This document shows positions 1 through 15,000 of a DNA stretch of 64,000 bases, one piece after another. The number at the start of each line of letters is the position of its first letter. Positions within the stretch are counted from its first letter, which is position 1. The position numbers were made by a program, and so were the translations under genes. Origin of the DNA: Dimorphilus gyrociliatus (Eukaryota; Animalia; Annelida). The stretch covers positions 372,001 to 436,000 of the forward strand of contig CAJFCJ010000010.1 of the NCBI GenBank assembly GCA_904063045.1. The letters are read 5' to 3'. The notes under the pieces are model-generated. The model worked only from the letters and a program-made list of their open reading frames with translations. It did not search any database and was not told the DNA's origin.

Positions 1-1422
<1,422 letters not shown>

Positions 1423-2593
1423 TTCTTTCTAATCAGTCTAGAAGAATCTAAAATCTGTTGGAAAGAAAGAATTGATATAATATATTGAAACTATTAATAA
1501 AATAGAACGTATTATTAAATATTGATGTATTTATATTTATTAATATATATATAATATGTATATACAAGTCTGAAGTAAGAAAATGAAATTTCTCACAGTC
1601 GGTCTGTTCCACTTAGAGAAATAAATTAGGCCAGATTTTTATAGTAAAGGAGTGCAGGCAGAATGAAATATACCTTCACATGTCTATTGTCGTGAAAGAC
1701 CACAACATGTAAATGAGAATATTAACGATACAACTAATACTGTATACTGTACATGAGTGATAGACATAAAGATCTAACAAAAAAAGCTGAAAGCTATCTT
1801 ATTACTCTTTCGATAGTCTCCTTGAATTTGTTCTAGTTTAGCACTAAATTCTATGTCTTAGTTTAAATTCTATTAAATTGCAGTTTGATTGCTCTACAAA
1901 TTCAAATACGTAGGAATATTTATATAATCCAATATTCACTACGTGGGTGTAGTTACAGTACAAGCTTTCTATTCCCTTTGACTGCTTTAACACACTTTTC
2001 GTTGTATTTACATTATATATTGTACGTAATTTTATAAAATGTCGAATGCTTAGATTGATACTTACTTTTAAAATTCCTTTTTGTATAATTTCCTAGATAA
2101 AAACCTATCAGTCAGCGTAAACGCGAAGCCGGGTAGAGAGCTCTATCATACGAAGAGATCACGTGATTATTTGATCGATTTTCCATCACAATATTAAAAG
2201 CAAATATACTGTTAATTCTTGACGCAATTTCCTACGAGTAACGATTAAAAAATTAAACATTTTTTATTGAATGATAACTGTGGTACTGAGCAATTCAAAG
2301 AGAAATTTATTAAATAATTTGAAAAGTTAATCGAACATTTAGGCATAAACGGGTGGACTGAAGATTTTGCCGTTTTTTCGCGCGCTTTCTCTAGCGTTGC
2401 TTTGTTTTTATTTTTCATTTCAGGCAGCTACGTATAAGAGAAATATAATTTCTTTTTAGTAATATTTTGGACAGAAGACGTATGAAACTCTAATACAGAT
2501 TGAAGAAGTTAGACAACACCGCTCAATTTATCCGACTATTTATATATAGCGATATTTCAGCAACATTCATACTCGTAAACAACGCTTATCGAA

Positions 2594-4824
2594 ATGACAG
2601 TAACATATTCGTCAAAAATTTCTTCTGCAGGATTTGCAACAATTTTTAAACTACTATTAAAGTAAACATAGCTTCGGATTGTTTAATATAATTTCTTGGA
2701 TGTTTTATATAAATCCCAAACTAAAATATTTTTTATGACAGATGGAGAGGAAGTGTATACAAACTGTTGTGGAGAGAGTTTGCTGTCTATGCTGCCACGT
2801 ATCTTACTCTAAGTTTATCATATAGGCTTGCCATGAATGATGAGCAGAGAGAGTATGATATGTCTATATATTAAGCCTATATTGTTATTGATAACTTTCT
2901 CATTTTTCTAGGAAATTTGAATTTATATCCCGCTATTGCAATCGTTACACTGACCATATACCTATTGCATTTGTATTGGGATTCTACGTGACATGTGTCT
3001 GCACTAGATGGTGGAATCAATATAATGCCATTCCATGGCCAGATACTTTAGCATTGCTTGTGACATCAGATATTCAAGGTCCTTGCAAAAGGGCAAGACT
3101 GTTCAGAAGAACAATAATGCGATACATTTGTCTATCATTCACCATGACATTAGCATCTATTAGTTCAACTGTAAAGAAACGTTTCCCAACACTAAATCAT
3201 CTAAACATAGCTGGTTAGAAACACAAAGCTTACAAACTAATTGAATTTTATTGATATAAAAAGCAATCTATTGCAGGTTTCTTACAAGGAAGCGAACAAC
3301 AGATTCTAGAGAGATTGAAAACGCCTCATAATAAATACTTTGTTCCTCTTGTTTGGGCAACTTCGTTAGTTAATCAATCAAGAAGAGAAAAATGGGTTAA
3401 AGACGATCATGCTCTAAAAACTTTAATTGACGTGAGTAGATATATTATAAATAAGAAAGTATATATATAATGTCTTTAAAAATTAGGAAATTACCGCCTT
3501 CAGAAGTAAATGTGGCACTTTGTTCAGTTACGATTGGATCAATATCCCTCTTGTTTATACTCAGGTTAGAATGCCAATAATATCAATATTTTAGATACAT
3601 TATTTGATTATTGTTTATTAGGTTGTCACCGTTGCTGTCTATTCTTATTTCATTGCTTGTTTAATGGGACGACAATTCAGTATAAGCCCCTACAACGGAG
3701 AAATAGATGTAAGTCATTTATAGTGCAAAGGATAAAGAAACAATTAATAAGATTATATTTTTTTGTCGATAGGTTGACCCGTACTTTCCTTTCTTTACAT
3801 TTCTTCAATTTTTTTTCTTTATGGGATGGTTAAAAGTTGCTGAAAGTCTGTTAAATCCGTTTGGGGAAGATGACGATGATTTTGATGTAAATTACTTAAT
3901 TGATAGGAATTTACAAGTATCTTATTTAATCGTTGATGATATGCACTCTGATTATCCTGAATTATTGAGGGATAATCATTGGAATGATATCGATTTTCAA
4001 TTGCCTTATACTCAAGCTTCCAAGAATTTCTATAATGAGCCTTTTGTTGGTTCGACTATGGATTTAAAGTGCGTTTCCTTTATAGATTGCTATTTTGGCT
4101 ATATTTAATCTTATTACTATTTTAAAAGTATTTCTGCGATTGGCGCTGAGCTTACTTTGCCAAATGAAGAAGCACCTGTCATTCATGCTAAAGATGTTCG
4201 TGTTTGTATTAATTCGACAGTGTGCCATCTGGCGTACAAATTTGACAATATATCTGAATTTAATATTTTTTCTATTAACTTATAGCAACCGGATACTCTG
4301 GAAAATGGGGATATTGATAAGAAACTTAAATCCGTTAAGAATCTTCCAATGTTTAGCCGGAAAGTATCGAGAAAATTTCACAAAGCTAGAAACAACGGTT
4401 AGTCTACCATTCCTAAAATATTATTATTGAATGATTCCCCATTAAATTTAATTCTTTCTAAATATTAACAGTTCCTGGAACGGTTTTTATGGCTACGAAT
4501 GCTTCTATGAGCAATGATTCTTCCAATGCACCTAATGACACTTCGATCTTGAGACGTCTCTTTCGTAATTTAAAGAAACGAAAGACAAGGACAAAAACGG
4601 AAGAAAATGGTAATGGTCAAAAAAGAAATTCCCAGCCGAAAGAAGAGACTTTCAATCTTGGAGACATCCCCTTAATAGATGACAGTTGCGTTAATGATTC
4701 CCCTGTAAAGAATGAGGCCAAAGAAGAAGAACCAGACGTAAAAGTGAAGTTGGACAATGACGAAGAGGAGGCGATGGAAAGTAAATTTTTGATGGATACA
4801 GGAATTGCTCACGAAATTGTTTAA
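2594..4824 (+). CDS. BEST: Bestrophin Ca2+-activated chloride channel, multi-exon
   Basis: Exon 1 [23 protein letters not shown], then WRGSVYKL, neck [23 protein letters not shown] (RFP motif) and Ca2+ clasp [19 protein letters not shown]. The low-complexity C-tail ends at TAA 4822-4824. Confidence 0.96.
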
Positions 4825-6533
4825 GTTGTTGTTATTTTGTAGTATACAGTATGATATATAACTTTTATTGATGGAAAACAGTATAAAGTCTATTTTTTAT
4901 AAAGCATCTTCTTGTTTGGGACTTGATTAGCTATTTTATTCTATTTTTAGGTTGTTAGTATTAAAAAAAACCTTTTATTTGTTTCTACTTAACGGGTACC
5001 AAAAATGGTATTATATATACTGTGTATTCGCGTTCAAATATTGTTTATGCAGTAGTTTGCATCTTTTTTTTAAATAATAAACCATATATAGTGGAATATA
5101 AGGCCTCTATAAAATTTGAATTGTCGATCCAGTTATCCTAACAGTTGTATCCTTTCAATCGACCTTTTTTTCAAGTATTTTTAGACAAATGTACTGCACT
5201 CGATTATCTTTCCATTGAAAGCTAATTATAAAACAAGGTGATTTTAGGCCTACATGTGACATGTTCAAAGAGTTACTCAAGCCTTTATCTACATTAAAAG
5301 AGTTAATATTCACGCCTCTAGAGACTTTGAAAAGAGGTAGTTGTTAGCAGAGGAAAAGGAGAAGAGAAGGAAAATGAGAGAGGATGGAAAAATTAATTAA
5401 AAAAAACTGCACTGTTATACAGTAAAGCATGATATGTAAGTGTCGCAATAGTATAAGTTATAGAGGAGAGCGAAAAGAAGAAGAAGAAGAAGAAGAAAAA
5501 AAGAAGCTTTTCATCTATTAGAACATTATTATTGTTAATAAACAAAAATTATACTAATGGCTAGAGCGCACAACAAAATTTTCCAAGTTAAAATTCTAAT
5601 AATTACATATAATGTTGTTATTAATTTACATATTGCATCAGTATAATACTTTTAATTAAGTTAAACATTTAACAAGACAATAACACGTCGTTTGCCTGTT
5701 TTTTTTATTCACTTCTTGTATCATTTCTCATTAGGATAAATAAGTGTAGTTAGATTATGAAGTGCATGCCGTAAATGATTAATGAATATTAACTTTCTTT
5801 TGTCTAAACTTTGTCATTCTTTCACCTGAGAACATTTTGTCATATACATTCTTTCTCTCTCTTTCTTCTCTATCTGTGATAATATTCTCATTAACTTTAT
5901 TCTTTAGAACACTACTCTATCTACTTGATTAATTCCTTTTACTATATAAAAAGTTTTTACAACCACTGCAATAACCATTTCTGCAAACTACTTATATACT
6001 GTAGTCATGCAGTACTCCCGAATAAGACTCTTTCAAATACATTTAAAGGTGTGTTTTTTTTAAAGGAAAATATTTATATATTGTATTAAAAGAGCCATCA
6101 GACACTTTATTCTCTCACCATATATTGCTAATAAGAACGTTTATCAGGTCTAATTAGTTAATTTACTGTGTACTGTATAGTATATCCAATGCCCATTAGG
6201 TGGAAATAATTTGCTCTGAATGAATTATATCCAGGTTATTATGAAATAAGATAGATTTTACAAGGGGAATATAGTAATAAGGAAAATATGCTAGAGTAAG
6301 ATAATATGCAAAATATGCTTTATAATTTATAACAAGCAGTCAGGAAGGAAGATACGAAGGAGAAGAGGAAAAAGATATATATACGTTATATATTTGAAAT
6401 CAAATATAGAACTAATTAGAGATTTTATGTCAGTCTTTTAACGATCCAGAACATCTATTAGTCGGATAGACTGAAAGATGGGAAGAAAAATATTTTAAAA
6501 GTATGAATAAGTTATATAATAAAACTTTCAAAT

Positions 6534-6560
6534 ACAAACAAACAAACAAACAAACAAACA
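6534..6560 (+). repeat. (AAAC)n microsatellite upstream of the tetraspanin
   Basis: Run acaaacaaacaaacaaacaaacaaaca seen directly. Confidence 0.85.
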
Positions 6561-6640
6561 ATACTTTAAAGTTACTAATGAATTTCGAGTTATATTTTAA
6601 CTAAATACGAAGATTGATAATAGGCACCTTTTTGTGATAA

Positions 6641-7858
6641 ATGGATGAGGAAGATATTCCATTCGACCAAATTGATTGGTTTACTCGTTTGATAACCGAA
6701 AGAACGCGGTTGAAACTCTGTCGATATAGCTTAATAGTGGCTCACTTGCTACTTCAATTGTCTATTTTACAGACGATGCTCTCTAGCTATGTACTTCTAT
6801 CTAGCTCAAAATTTGATAGGTTATTAACCCCATTAGATTATTATACTCCTCTATTGGTCGTTATAAGTGGTTTATGGTCTGTTGTTGTTAATTTAATGAA
6901 TTTTTCTCAATCGTTAGCATGTACTAATCCTGAAAGTAGACCAAAACTAGTTAGAATTATGAAACATCATAACGTAGTATCCCTATTAGCTTGCAGTTTT
7001 CATGGATTATTATTTGCTCTGGTTACAAGTCAAATAGGTATAAATGTCAGAGTTGATAATTTTGGTAGAAAACTCGACGATGCTCTTCAAAGTTATAAAA
7101 GTGATCGAAGGACAAAAGAGCAATTCGATGAATTGCAACAATTATACAAATGTTGCGGTTCGAGAACTTATAAAGATTGGTTTATTAAACAATGGATAAA
7201 TCCAAAATATTACAATAGGGATAAAGGGGATAATAGAGAATTTATTAAAGGAGGTCAATACCTTCCACCTTACGTTCCGTTTAGTTGCTGTGATCCTAAA
7301 GTAATGAGACCTTGTATAAGGGAAAATGTAGAATCTAATCATACTAATTATAAACATACTACGCATTTAACTATTTACGACGCCGGATGTTCGCAAATAT
7401 TTAAGAATTCCTATTTGGCTCAATTATCTATTGTAGGTATCCTACTATTCTTTAATCTTGTTGGAGAGTTTATCTTAGCGATAGCATCTCGCTATTTAAG
7501 TTTATCAATTGTACAAAAATCAGACGCTTCAGATACTAGTTCAGTTGTCTGTAATTTCTTTTTTGTCATTGAATCAACGTCTGCGATGAGAAGGCGTCAA
7601 ATAAACGCAAAAGAAATGTATAAAAAGAAACTTCATTTAGAGTCTTCGCAAGTAAAAAAAGCCCAAGGTCAACTTTTCACCCAAATATTTACGGATCTTA
7701 AAAAGTCTAACAAGGATACTCCCAAAAGAAATAAGCGGAATATAAGTAAAAGGAAAAAATTGTTAAAAGGAGATTTTCCTTTACGCGTCTCCTCCCTTTT
7801 TAAAGAGAGATCAAGGCCAAATATTGAAGAATTGTATACTTTGCTACAAGACAAATAA
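6641..7858 (+). CDS. Peripherin-2/ROM1 (RDS)-like tetraspanin, intronless, 405 aa with a long basic C-tail
   Basis: Four hydrophobic segments. The large loop KCCG...DWFIKQWI...VPFSCCDP...RPCI...GC matches the RDS-subfamily pattern (FKCCG..DWFEIQWI..VPFSCC..PRPCI..GC). RYL follows TM4. Confidence 0.88.
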   Translation: MDEEDIPFDQIDWFTRLITERTRLKLCRYSLIVAHLLLQLSILQTMLSSYVLLSSSKFDRLLTPLDYYTPLLVVISGLWSVVVNLMNFSQSLACTNPESRPKLVRIMKHHNVVSLLACSFHGLLFALVTSQIGINVRVDNFGRKLDDALQSYKSDRRTKEQFDELQQLYKCCGSRTYKDWFIKQWINPKYYNRDKGDNREFIKGGQYLPPYVPFSCCDPKVMRPCIRENVESNHTNYKHTTHLTIYDAGCSQIFKNSYLAQLSIVGILLFFNLVGEFILAIASRYLSLSIVQKSDASDTSSVVCNFFFVIESTSAMRRRQINAKEMYKKKLHLESSQVKKAQGQLFTQIFTDLKKSNKDTPKRNKRNISKRKKLLKGDFPLRVSSLFKERSRPNIEELYTLLQDK

Positions 7859-7904
7859 GACTAATTAATTAGAAGCTTATTGTTTTTTGTACATTATGTT
7901 ACAT

Positions 7905-8881
7905 TTAAAGTTCTGTCTCTTTCATTGAAGATTCTAACAATTGACGTCTATTGAAAAATTCCTCGTTCAGTATATAAGGCATATAATTTAGACGTTTAAA
8001 ACGATTATGTAACTTTTCAAAAAGTATTGAGTAGTATTTGTCAATTTCATCTTCTTCTTGTTGATAGAATTTTAGCTCGTGAGCGAATGAATGGATATTT
8101 GTCTCACATCGATTTAATCTCTCTTCTAATGTTGAAAATTCTCTCCGGATACTCTGTAAATCTTCAGCAGAGTTCTTTAATTCCCTTTCTAGGTAGGATG
8201 ACTGATCAAAAACCTTTCCTAAGCTTCTGAAAAATTCGTATGATCTACCATCCAATAATTCTCCTATTAATCTTTCAGATACTTTACTGTTCGATATATA
8301 ATTGTTTAGATTAGTGGTAACGTCCAAAATCCACTTTCTCTTTAGTCTTTCCAATAGCGAAGAAGGTGGCGTCTTAAAATCATTTTGTTCAATTAACTTG
8401 ACTCCCTTTACTAAAGGATCGCAGAGGGCGAGACAGAATGCATCAGATACTCTATTCTCTATACCATGTCCATTGTCTGTTAGATCCGAAGGGAGATGAT
8501 TTATTTTCACCGTACCCTCTTTCTTCTCTTTTATAGTTGTCTCTGAAGCATTACGAATCATACCAAAACTATTCCTGAGTAATTTCCACTAGTATAGTGT
8601 TTTTTGTAAACATTTAATGACGTTCTTTTTAAATGCAATACTCGTTTAATAATCTATTAAACAGGACAATTGAGACTGAAAATTAAATTTAAATAATAAA
8701 GAATATAAATCAAGTTAAATAAGGAGAGAAAGGGAACGCAACCTACTGACGATATGCTTTTAGCAGTGCGAAGAAGCCATAATTGAAGTCGAATGGCGTC
8801 AGCGTTCATTTTGAAGATACTAGCCTTAAAAAGTTTTCTCTTAGAAGAGCTTAATATTTTCTTTTCTGTCATTTTTATCAT
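7905..8881 (-). CDS. Uncharacterised coiled-coil protein, about 272 aa; exons 8881-8747 and 8588-7905
   Basis: A phase-0 donor (gtaggt at 8746) and acceptor (ctag at 8589) join two ORF-track ORFs in frame (..AKSISS|WKLLRNSFGMIRN..). Heptad-like segment LERELKNSAEDLQSIRREFSTLEERLNRCE. Confidence 0.65.
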
Positions 8882-10141
8882 TGTACGAGTTAACTATACG
8901 TTTATTATATAGTCCATTTATTAAAATTTGACATTCAATTTTCAATGTAAATTATATAATCTGTATTATCATACAGAACGAGTTAATTATCACTCTGCTA
9001 TCAGATTGACAAAGTGACAAAAGGGTAAAAAATATCCAATTAACGTTGATTATAACGTAAAAAAAAGACAAAAAAAGAACGATTATAATATATAATCAGA
9101 GAAAAGACTTTTCTTCAGAGAAACTTCTCCTATCTAGTAAAAACATAACTATAATCGTTTTCTCTTTTAACAAATATGAAAGTTTAAAAGGGTATATGAG
9201 TACATAGTGATATAGAGAGATAGATAGATTATAGATAGATAGTTGGGTAGATAGATAAATAGATAAATAGACATACAGATAGGTGAAAGTAGAGTGAAAA
9301 TGAAAAGATGTGCATGTATTTGGGTAAATACACAGTACACTTTTCCATTACAGAAATACTCTTTTAAACAAGAGAATATCTTTCCACTAAGGATTAAAAA
9401 CAAACAGAAAACAAACTAAAAAAAGAACGATAAACGAAAAATAGGATAATGTTATAGATATACGAAAAGAGATAAAGAAACATGATAGATTATTAGAGAA
9501 TTTGAATGTTGTGTAGCAGATGTTAAAATCTTTGTATATTTAAAAATTTTCCTTCTCTAAAATATTAAATTTTAGTACTTGGAGCATATTGAAAAATTTA
9601 TTAGTAAAGAAAAAGCCACTAGAAACTACATTAAACGATTTTTTTTCAAAATAGATTTCTTTTTATGTACAAATTTTCTCTTGTTTTACTTTTTTTGTCT
9701 TTTTTTTTAATTTCTGCAGAAAAAAATATGACATGATACTGAGAAAACCGTTTCCTTTTCTTGTCTCTTTCTTCCTATTCTTTAAGGAACATTAAGAAAA
9801 AAAAATAATAATACTACCGTGTGACAATAGTAGAAAAAAAAAGAAAGAAACTATATAGAAAACCTATGAGGACAAAAAACAAAATTCTACATGACTAGAA
9901 CCGATAGAACCGAAACGGATAAACGAAGACATAATAAAAAAAACGAAGGAGAGGAGAGGAAGAACAGAAAATATGAACGAAAAGAATTTTTACATTGCTA
10001 AAGGAACGTGTCTTTATATATAATTTTCAATGCTGCAGGATAGAAAAAAGAAAACATCATAACTGAGCATATAGTCGAACAATTTTCTGAAAATCCTGAA
10101 GAAAAAATTGTCGAGAAAAAACATTTACGTCCCATCCTTCT

Positions 10142-12014
10142 TTATTCCGTTTTTTTGATTTCCTTTTGTTCAGAAGTAGGGCGCTGAACGATGAGAGGCA
10201 ATGTTCCGTCGGCATTGAGTGTGCTATACCAAAATATAAGAAATATATAAATTTACGTCCAAAAAAAAGTAAAAAAGTAGACATTTTCCTAGAAATAAAA
10301 TCTTTCGCAATATCGAAATATAATAAGTAAAATGAAAGAGAAAGAAGTGATTAATTCAATTTTTATATTTTTTGAGTCTATTTTAAAGTCTTAAAGCTAA
10401 TTATATAACTAAAAAAAAAACAAACAAAAACCCATTTAGAGGACAGGAATTTCAACATTTATAATAAACTATCAAGTCAAAGGTTATGCACGAATAATTC
10501 TTGTTCAATTCCCGCATTGAATAGTGATATTATAATACGAAGACAAAAAAGGAAAAAATAAAAACAAGATATTATTGTGATAATCCTTAGACGTGCAAAT
10601 AGAACCTAGCCAAGTAGAACCTTAAGCACAACGAGAAAAAAGAGAAAATTTCAATAGAATATAATTAACAAAAAATATGAGAGGAATATAGAATTATACA
10701 AGTGCAGCTCCAAAGTGTTTAGTAGAGAAAAAGTTGAAAAAAATACTTTAATTGTTTTAGAGAGAAAAGTTAAATTTTTATTGTATCTTTTCTTTTTTAT
10801 ATAATACTGTTAATCATGAAAATCGATTTTAGAGAGAATATGTGATATTTAAAGAAATCTATATAAAATCTACTTTTATAATCTTGTATGTTAAATTGTG
10901 TTCTCTCTTTTTTAGAAAATCTCACACTTTCCCGACTTACATTTTCTTCAAATTCATCGACTGCCATGAAATCTGCACTGAGAGATTGAAAGTAAAAAAT
11001 AAAAGGTGGGAAAAAAATATGCGACTTAAACTTTCAAACTTTTTTCTAATGTTTTCTCTTTTGACCCCAAAATATATGTCTTTTTTTTAAATAAAAATAA
11101 TAATAATAATAATAAATACTGTGATTCAAAAGAAAAAAGACAATAATAATAATAATAATAATAACAACAAACAATAAAAACTATCCAAATTTGGTTTCGC
11201 ATACGCTTTTCTGTTTGTTTTCTTTAAGTTTTAATTAAAAAAGTTGTAATAAAAACCAAAGAGAAATAAAAAAATACATGACAACGTGAAAGACAAAAAA
11301 AAATGTCCTCTTTTCATATGGTCTATAAACATAAAATACAAAAAAAGATGTATACTGGGTTTACTACGACTTCACTTACCCGTACAACCTCAAACATTTC
11401 CATCATATGGCCGCTAATTAACGGTTTTATTAGTAGATTTAACATAAAATTTTAAAAATTCTTAAAAAATAATAATAGATATTTCTTTTTACTTTTTCTA
11501 TCTATAGTTTCTTTAAATAAGAATTATTAAAGCAACAAATGGAGATAAATAAAGAATATCTTGTTTAAAGACTTAGTATAATTAGCCTAAGGTAGTTGCA
11601 GAGTGAACCTGGTTTTACTGACTGAAGTGAGATTTCTATTATAAAAATATTTTTTTCGTTTATGTTAAATTTATCACAGAGATGTGTCAAATTGACTTAA
11701 TAGACATGTAGAGGTTTGTAATAGTTTTGATCATTAATGCAACTTCATCTTATATGTTATAATAATATAATACTAACCTGTCAAGTACGCCTTTTGTTCG
11801 TTTTTGAATTTCCTGCATTTGTTTCTTTCTCTGATAGTGACTCCTAAAATGGGATAGAGATTACATTAAGTATGGCTTTACAAGGACATAAGAAGAAGAG
11901 AATGACGTACTTGTAATATTATATAAATAAATGAAAATGACTAGAAAAAGTATAAATAAATGCATAGTGTATATCACTATATAAATTTATATATATATAT
12001 ATACATATAAACTT

Positions 12015-12068
<54 letters not shown>

Positions 12069-15000
12069 ATAAATGATTCAATCATTTCCTTTATTATATG
12101 AAATATAAAATATAGTTCATTTGAAACCTACAACCTTTCAATAAAAAACAAAACCATTAAAGACAAAGAGAAATAGATGATTATAAAGTGTAGGGAAGAA
12201 AATGATAAAATACTAAATGATACTTAAAATAATAGTATTCCGTTGAATAAAAGTATTCTATATCCGAATAACCAGAAATAAACTATTATATTACATTTAT
12301 ATTTAGTTATTTAAATATAAATTGACGAAGAATACGATTCTGACGGATTTTTAACAAGATATACTAGTTCTTCGGATATAACTTACTGTAACAAATAAAT
12401 AGAGTAATATTTTTAGAGAAAAATTTGTGCAACTGTACAAACGTTTGCGGAGACTTTAAGTTAATAAGCACAAATTTATCCTTGTATATACTACCAAATC
12501 AACATAAGAGGTATACAGTTTATATTGAAGTATATATCAAGAAAAGATAACATGCGTGTATTATACATTAAACACAATCAGTTTGCCTTTCCAGTTATTG
12601 TAATGGGATACATTTAAAATTAAAAATAATTTACCTGTCGGGTATTTTCCTAAAAGGATAGTAAACACAAAAAAAAACTTAATACACAAATATATATATA
12701 TATATAATATATGTATATATACTGTATATGTCTACTGTATCTCTATAATAATTGTTCCTCTTTGCTGTATATAAATGTATAGTATCTATATATTATAAGT
12801 AAGATAAGTAGAAAGAAATTTACTTTCTATAAAATATCAATAAATAATTTTTAATGATGTAACAATTAAATTATTACCTATTCGACTTAAATTAGATAAC
12901 TAAAGTTAAATTAATGATTAACGAGTAAATCTTGTTTTTTGATTTTACTTCATAATAAATTATTTAGTACACGAACCTGAAACGCTGTTGAATAATCACC
13001 GCGGCATTCCTCGAACGTTTAAACTTCTCATGTTCCTTGTAAGCTCGATACTGATTCTGTATAAGGGTAGCAGCCTCCCTACTCCTTTTATATCGTTTCT
13101 GGGCGTAGTAAGACCGGAATTGACTCTGAATAGTCACTGCGGCTTGTGACATCCTCTTGTAGTAGGCATATTGTTTATACCTCCGGTAATAAGATTGTAT
13201 GAGGACAGCAGCATCAATTTCTCTTTGTCTTTCATGTTGACGATGTTTGTATTTTCTGTAAAAATTCTGTATAATAACGGCTGCTTCGTATAGTTTTCTC
13301 TGCTCATCATCCGAAAGGGTTAATCTTTCCATATCCCTCTCCAAATAAGGAGCATTAAAATATTCACCAAGATCTCTAGTGCTTGGCGGTGGACTATCAA
13401 TTACAGGCATACCCGGGCTTTGAAATAGTTCAATGATTCCAGAATCATCTGTGACAGAACTTGACTCAGAACTTTTTTGACCAGAAGTTAATTTTATGCG
13501 ATCTGGTAGGGCGGCAATTATCTGATTAACCAAATTTACAATCGGTTCTTGACTTCTATCCGAGCAATTTGACGTACTATCGTCACTAAAGAGTTCAGGT
13601 AAAGTATCGGTATCCATAGCAATTAGTTGAGGATCTGAATTGGCAGGTCGGATGTTGAGCGAATGACTGGAGAGGGGGTGATCGGGAAGAACATCGACCG
13701 ATACCCGTTTAACCAAACGTTGATCGGAAACAATCGGTAAACTATCGCTCGATATCCACTCACAAAGAATGGATATTGCTTCTAAATGATTGTTCATACA
13801 AGCAGCAATTATAGGCGTTACCTAAGGGAAAAAAATACTGTATACTATATACCAATACAAAATATAAGATAAACCCATACAATAGCTTTTATGAACTAAG
13901 AATAAAACACGAAAGTCGGGAAAATAACTAAAGATAATGTTAATGAGCATGACATTCAGAAGGGTATAATTATTTATAGAGCTAAAGACCTGGACTATTC
14001 TCTCTTTTTGGACTGTAGAAAGAACTCAGAAAATACAGATATAGAATTATATTTTGTTTCTTCTGCAACCGTCTATTTTTAATTATCTTTCTTTTCTATA
14101 TCACACAACATCAAACAAGCCAAACGGAAAAATATATGATATTCTGCTGGTATCGGGGAAAAAAATGATTAGCTCTTCTTTTGTAATAGGACATACAAGT
14201 ACAAGTTATTTTCAACTACATAAAGATGAAATGTTGATGCTCCCTACTGGATTAAAAAAAAAGCTAAGACATAAAATAAAAAGACAAAACATCTGACGAT
14301 AAAGGATTAAATTTTGCTGCAGAGAAAATAAGCTTGTAATAGCCTTATATATCGAGTACAAGATAAAAAGTATACTTCAAAGATATCATAGTGATGAAGT
14401 TTGCACTATGGCATAACTAAAAAAATTCCTTTGTAAAATACGTCCTCTACACAACTTTATAGCGTTCCTACTAATTTACCTCTGTTCTGTTGCTTTTCAA
14501 ACGATAATTATTTCGACCTACTTTTTTGTCTTGAAATAGTAGAAGAATATATTCTATATAAATATTAACGAAGATATCTATTTAAGAGTAGACTGCGATG
14601 TACAACATAAATTATTAATATCTAATTTTGCACGAAAGCGTTTTAGTGACACAAAATGTTGGGAAGATGAAAAGACAAGGTTACCTCATTCTCATCTCTC
14701 GACCTTACATTGGCTTCATGGCCGACTACGGGTGCTGAGCAACAGTTCGCCCATCTTCGGAGAGTATGCATAACTTGAATGTATCCGAGGGAAGCTGCTA
14801 GAAGCATACAATTCCGATTTCCTAAAACTAAATGAGCAGGTCTTAACCACTTTCGGTTCATGAGACGTTCGCAGGTCGAGACGACTGCCATCTCGTCCCT
14901 GAGTACAAAAACTTCATCAGTAGTTGGGGCATCGACTCGTTCAGCTAAGTGAAAGAGACGTTCAACCAGCATGGCATGAAGTGTTTCTTTTGAAGGCAAA

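Noticed and set aside
7142-8499. Antisense ORFs over real genes (also 17019-17240, 27310-27648, 45679-45894, 54718-54957, 58471-58659, 60604-60822)
   Set aside because: Shadow ORFs on the opposite strand of well-supported coding exons, with no recognisable motifs.
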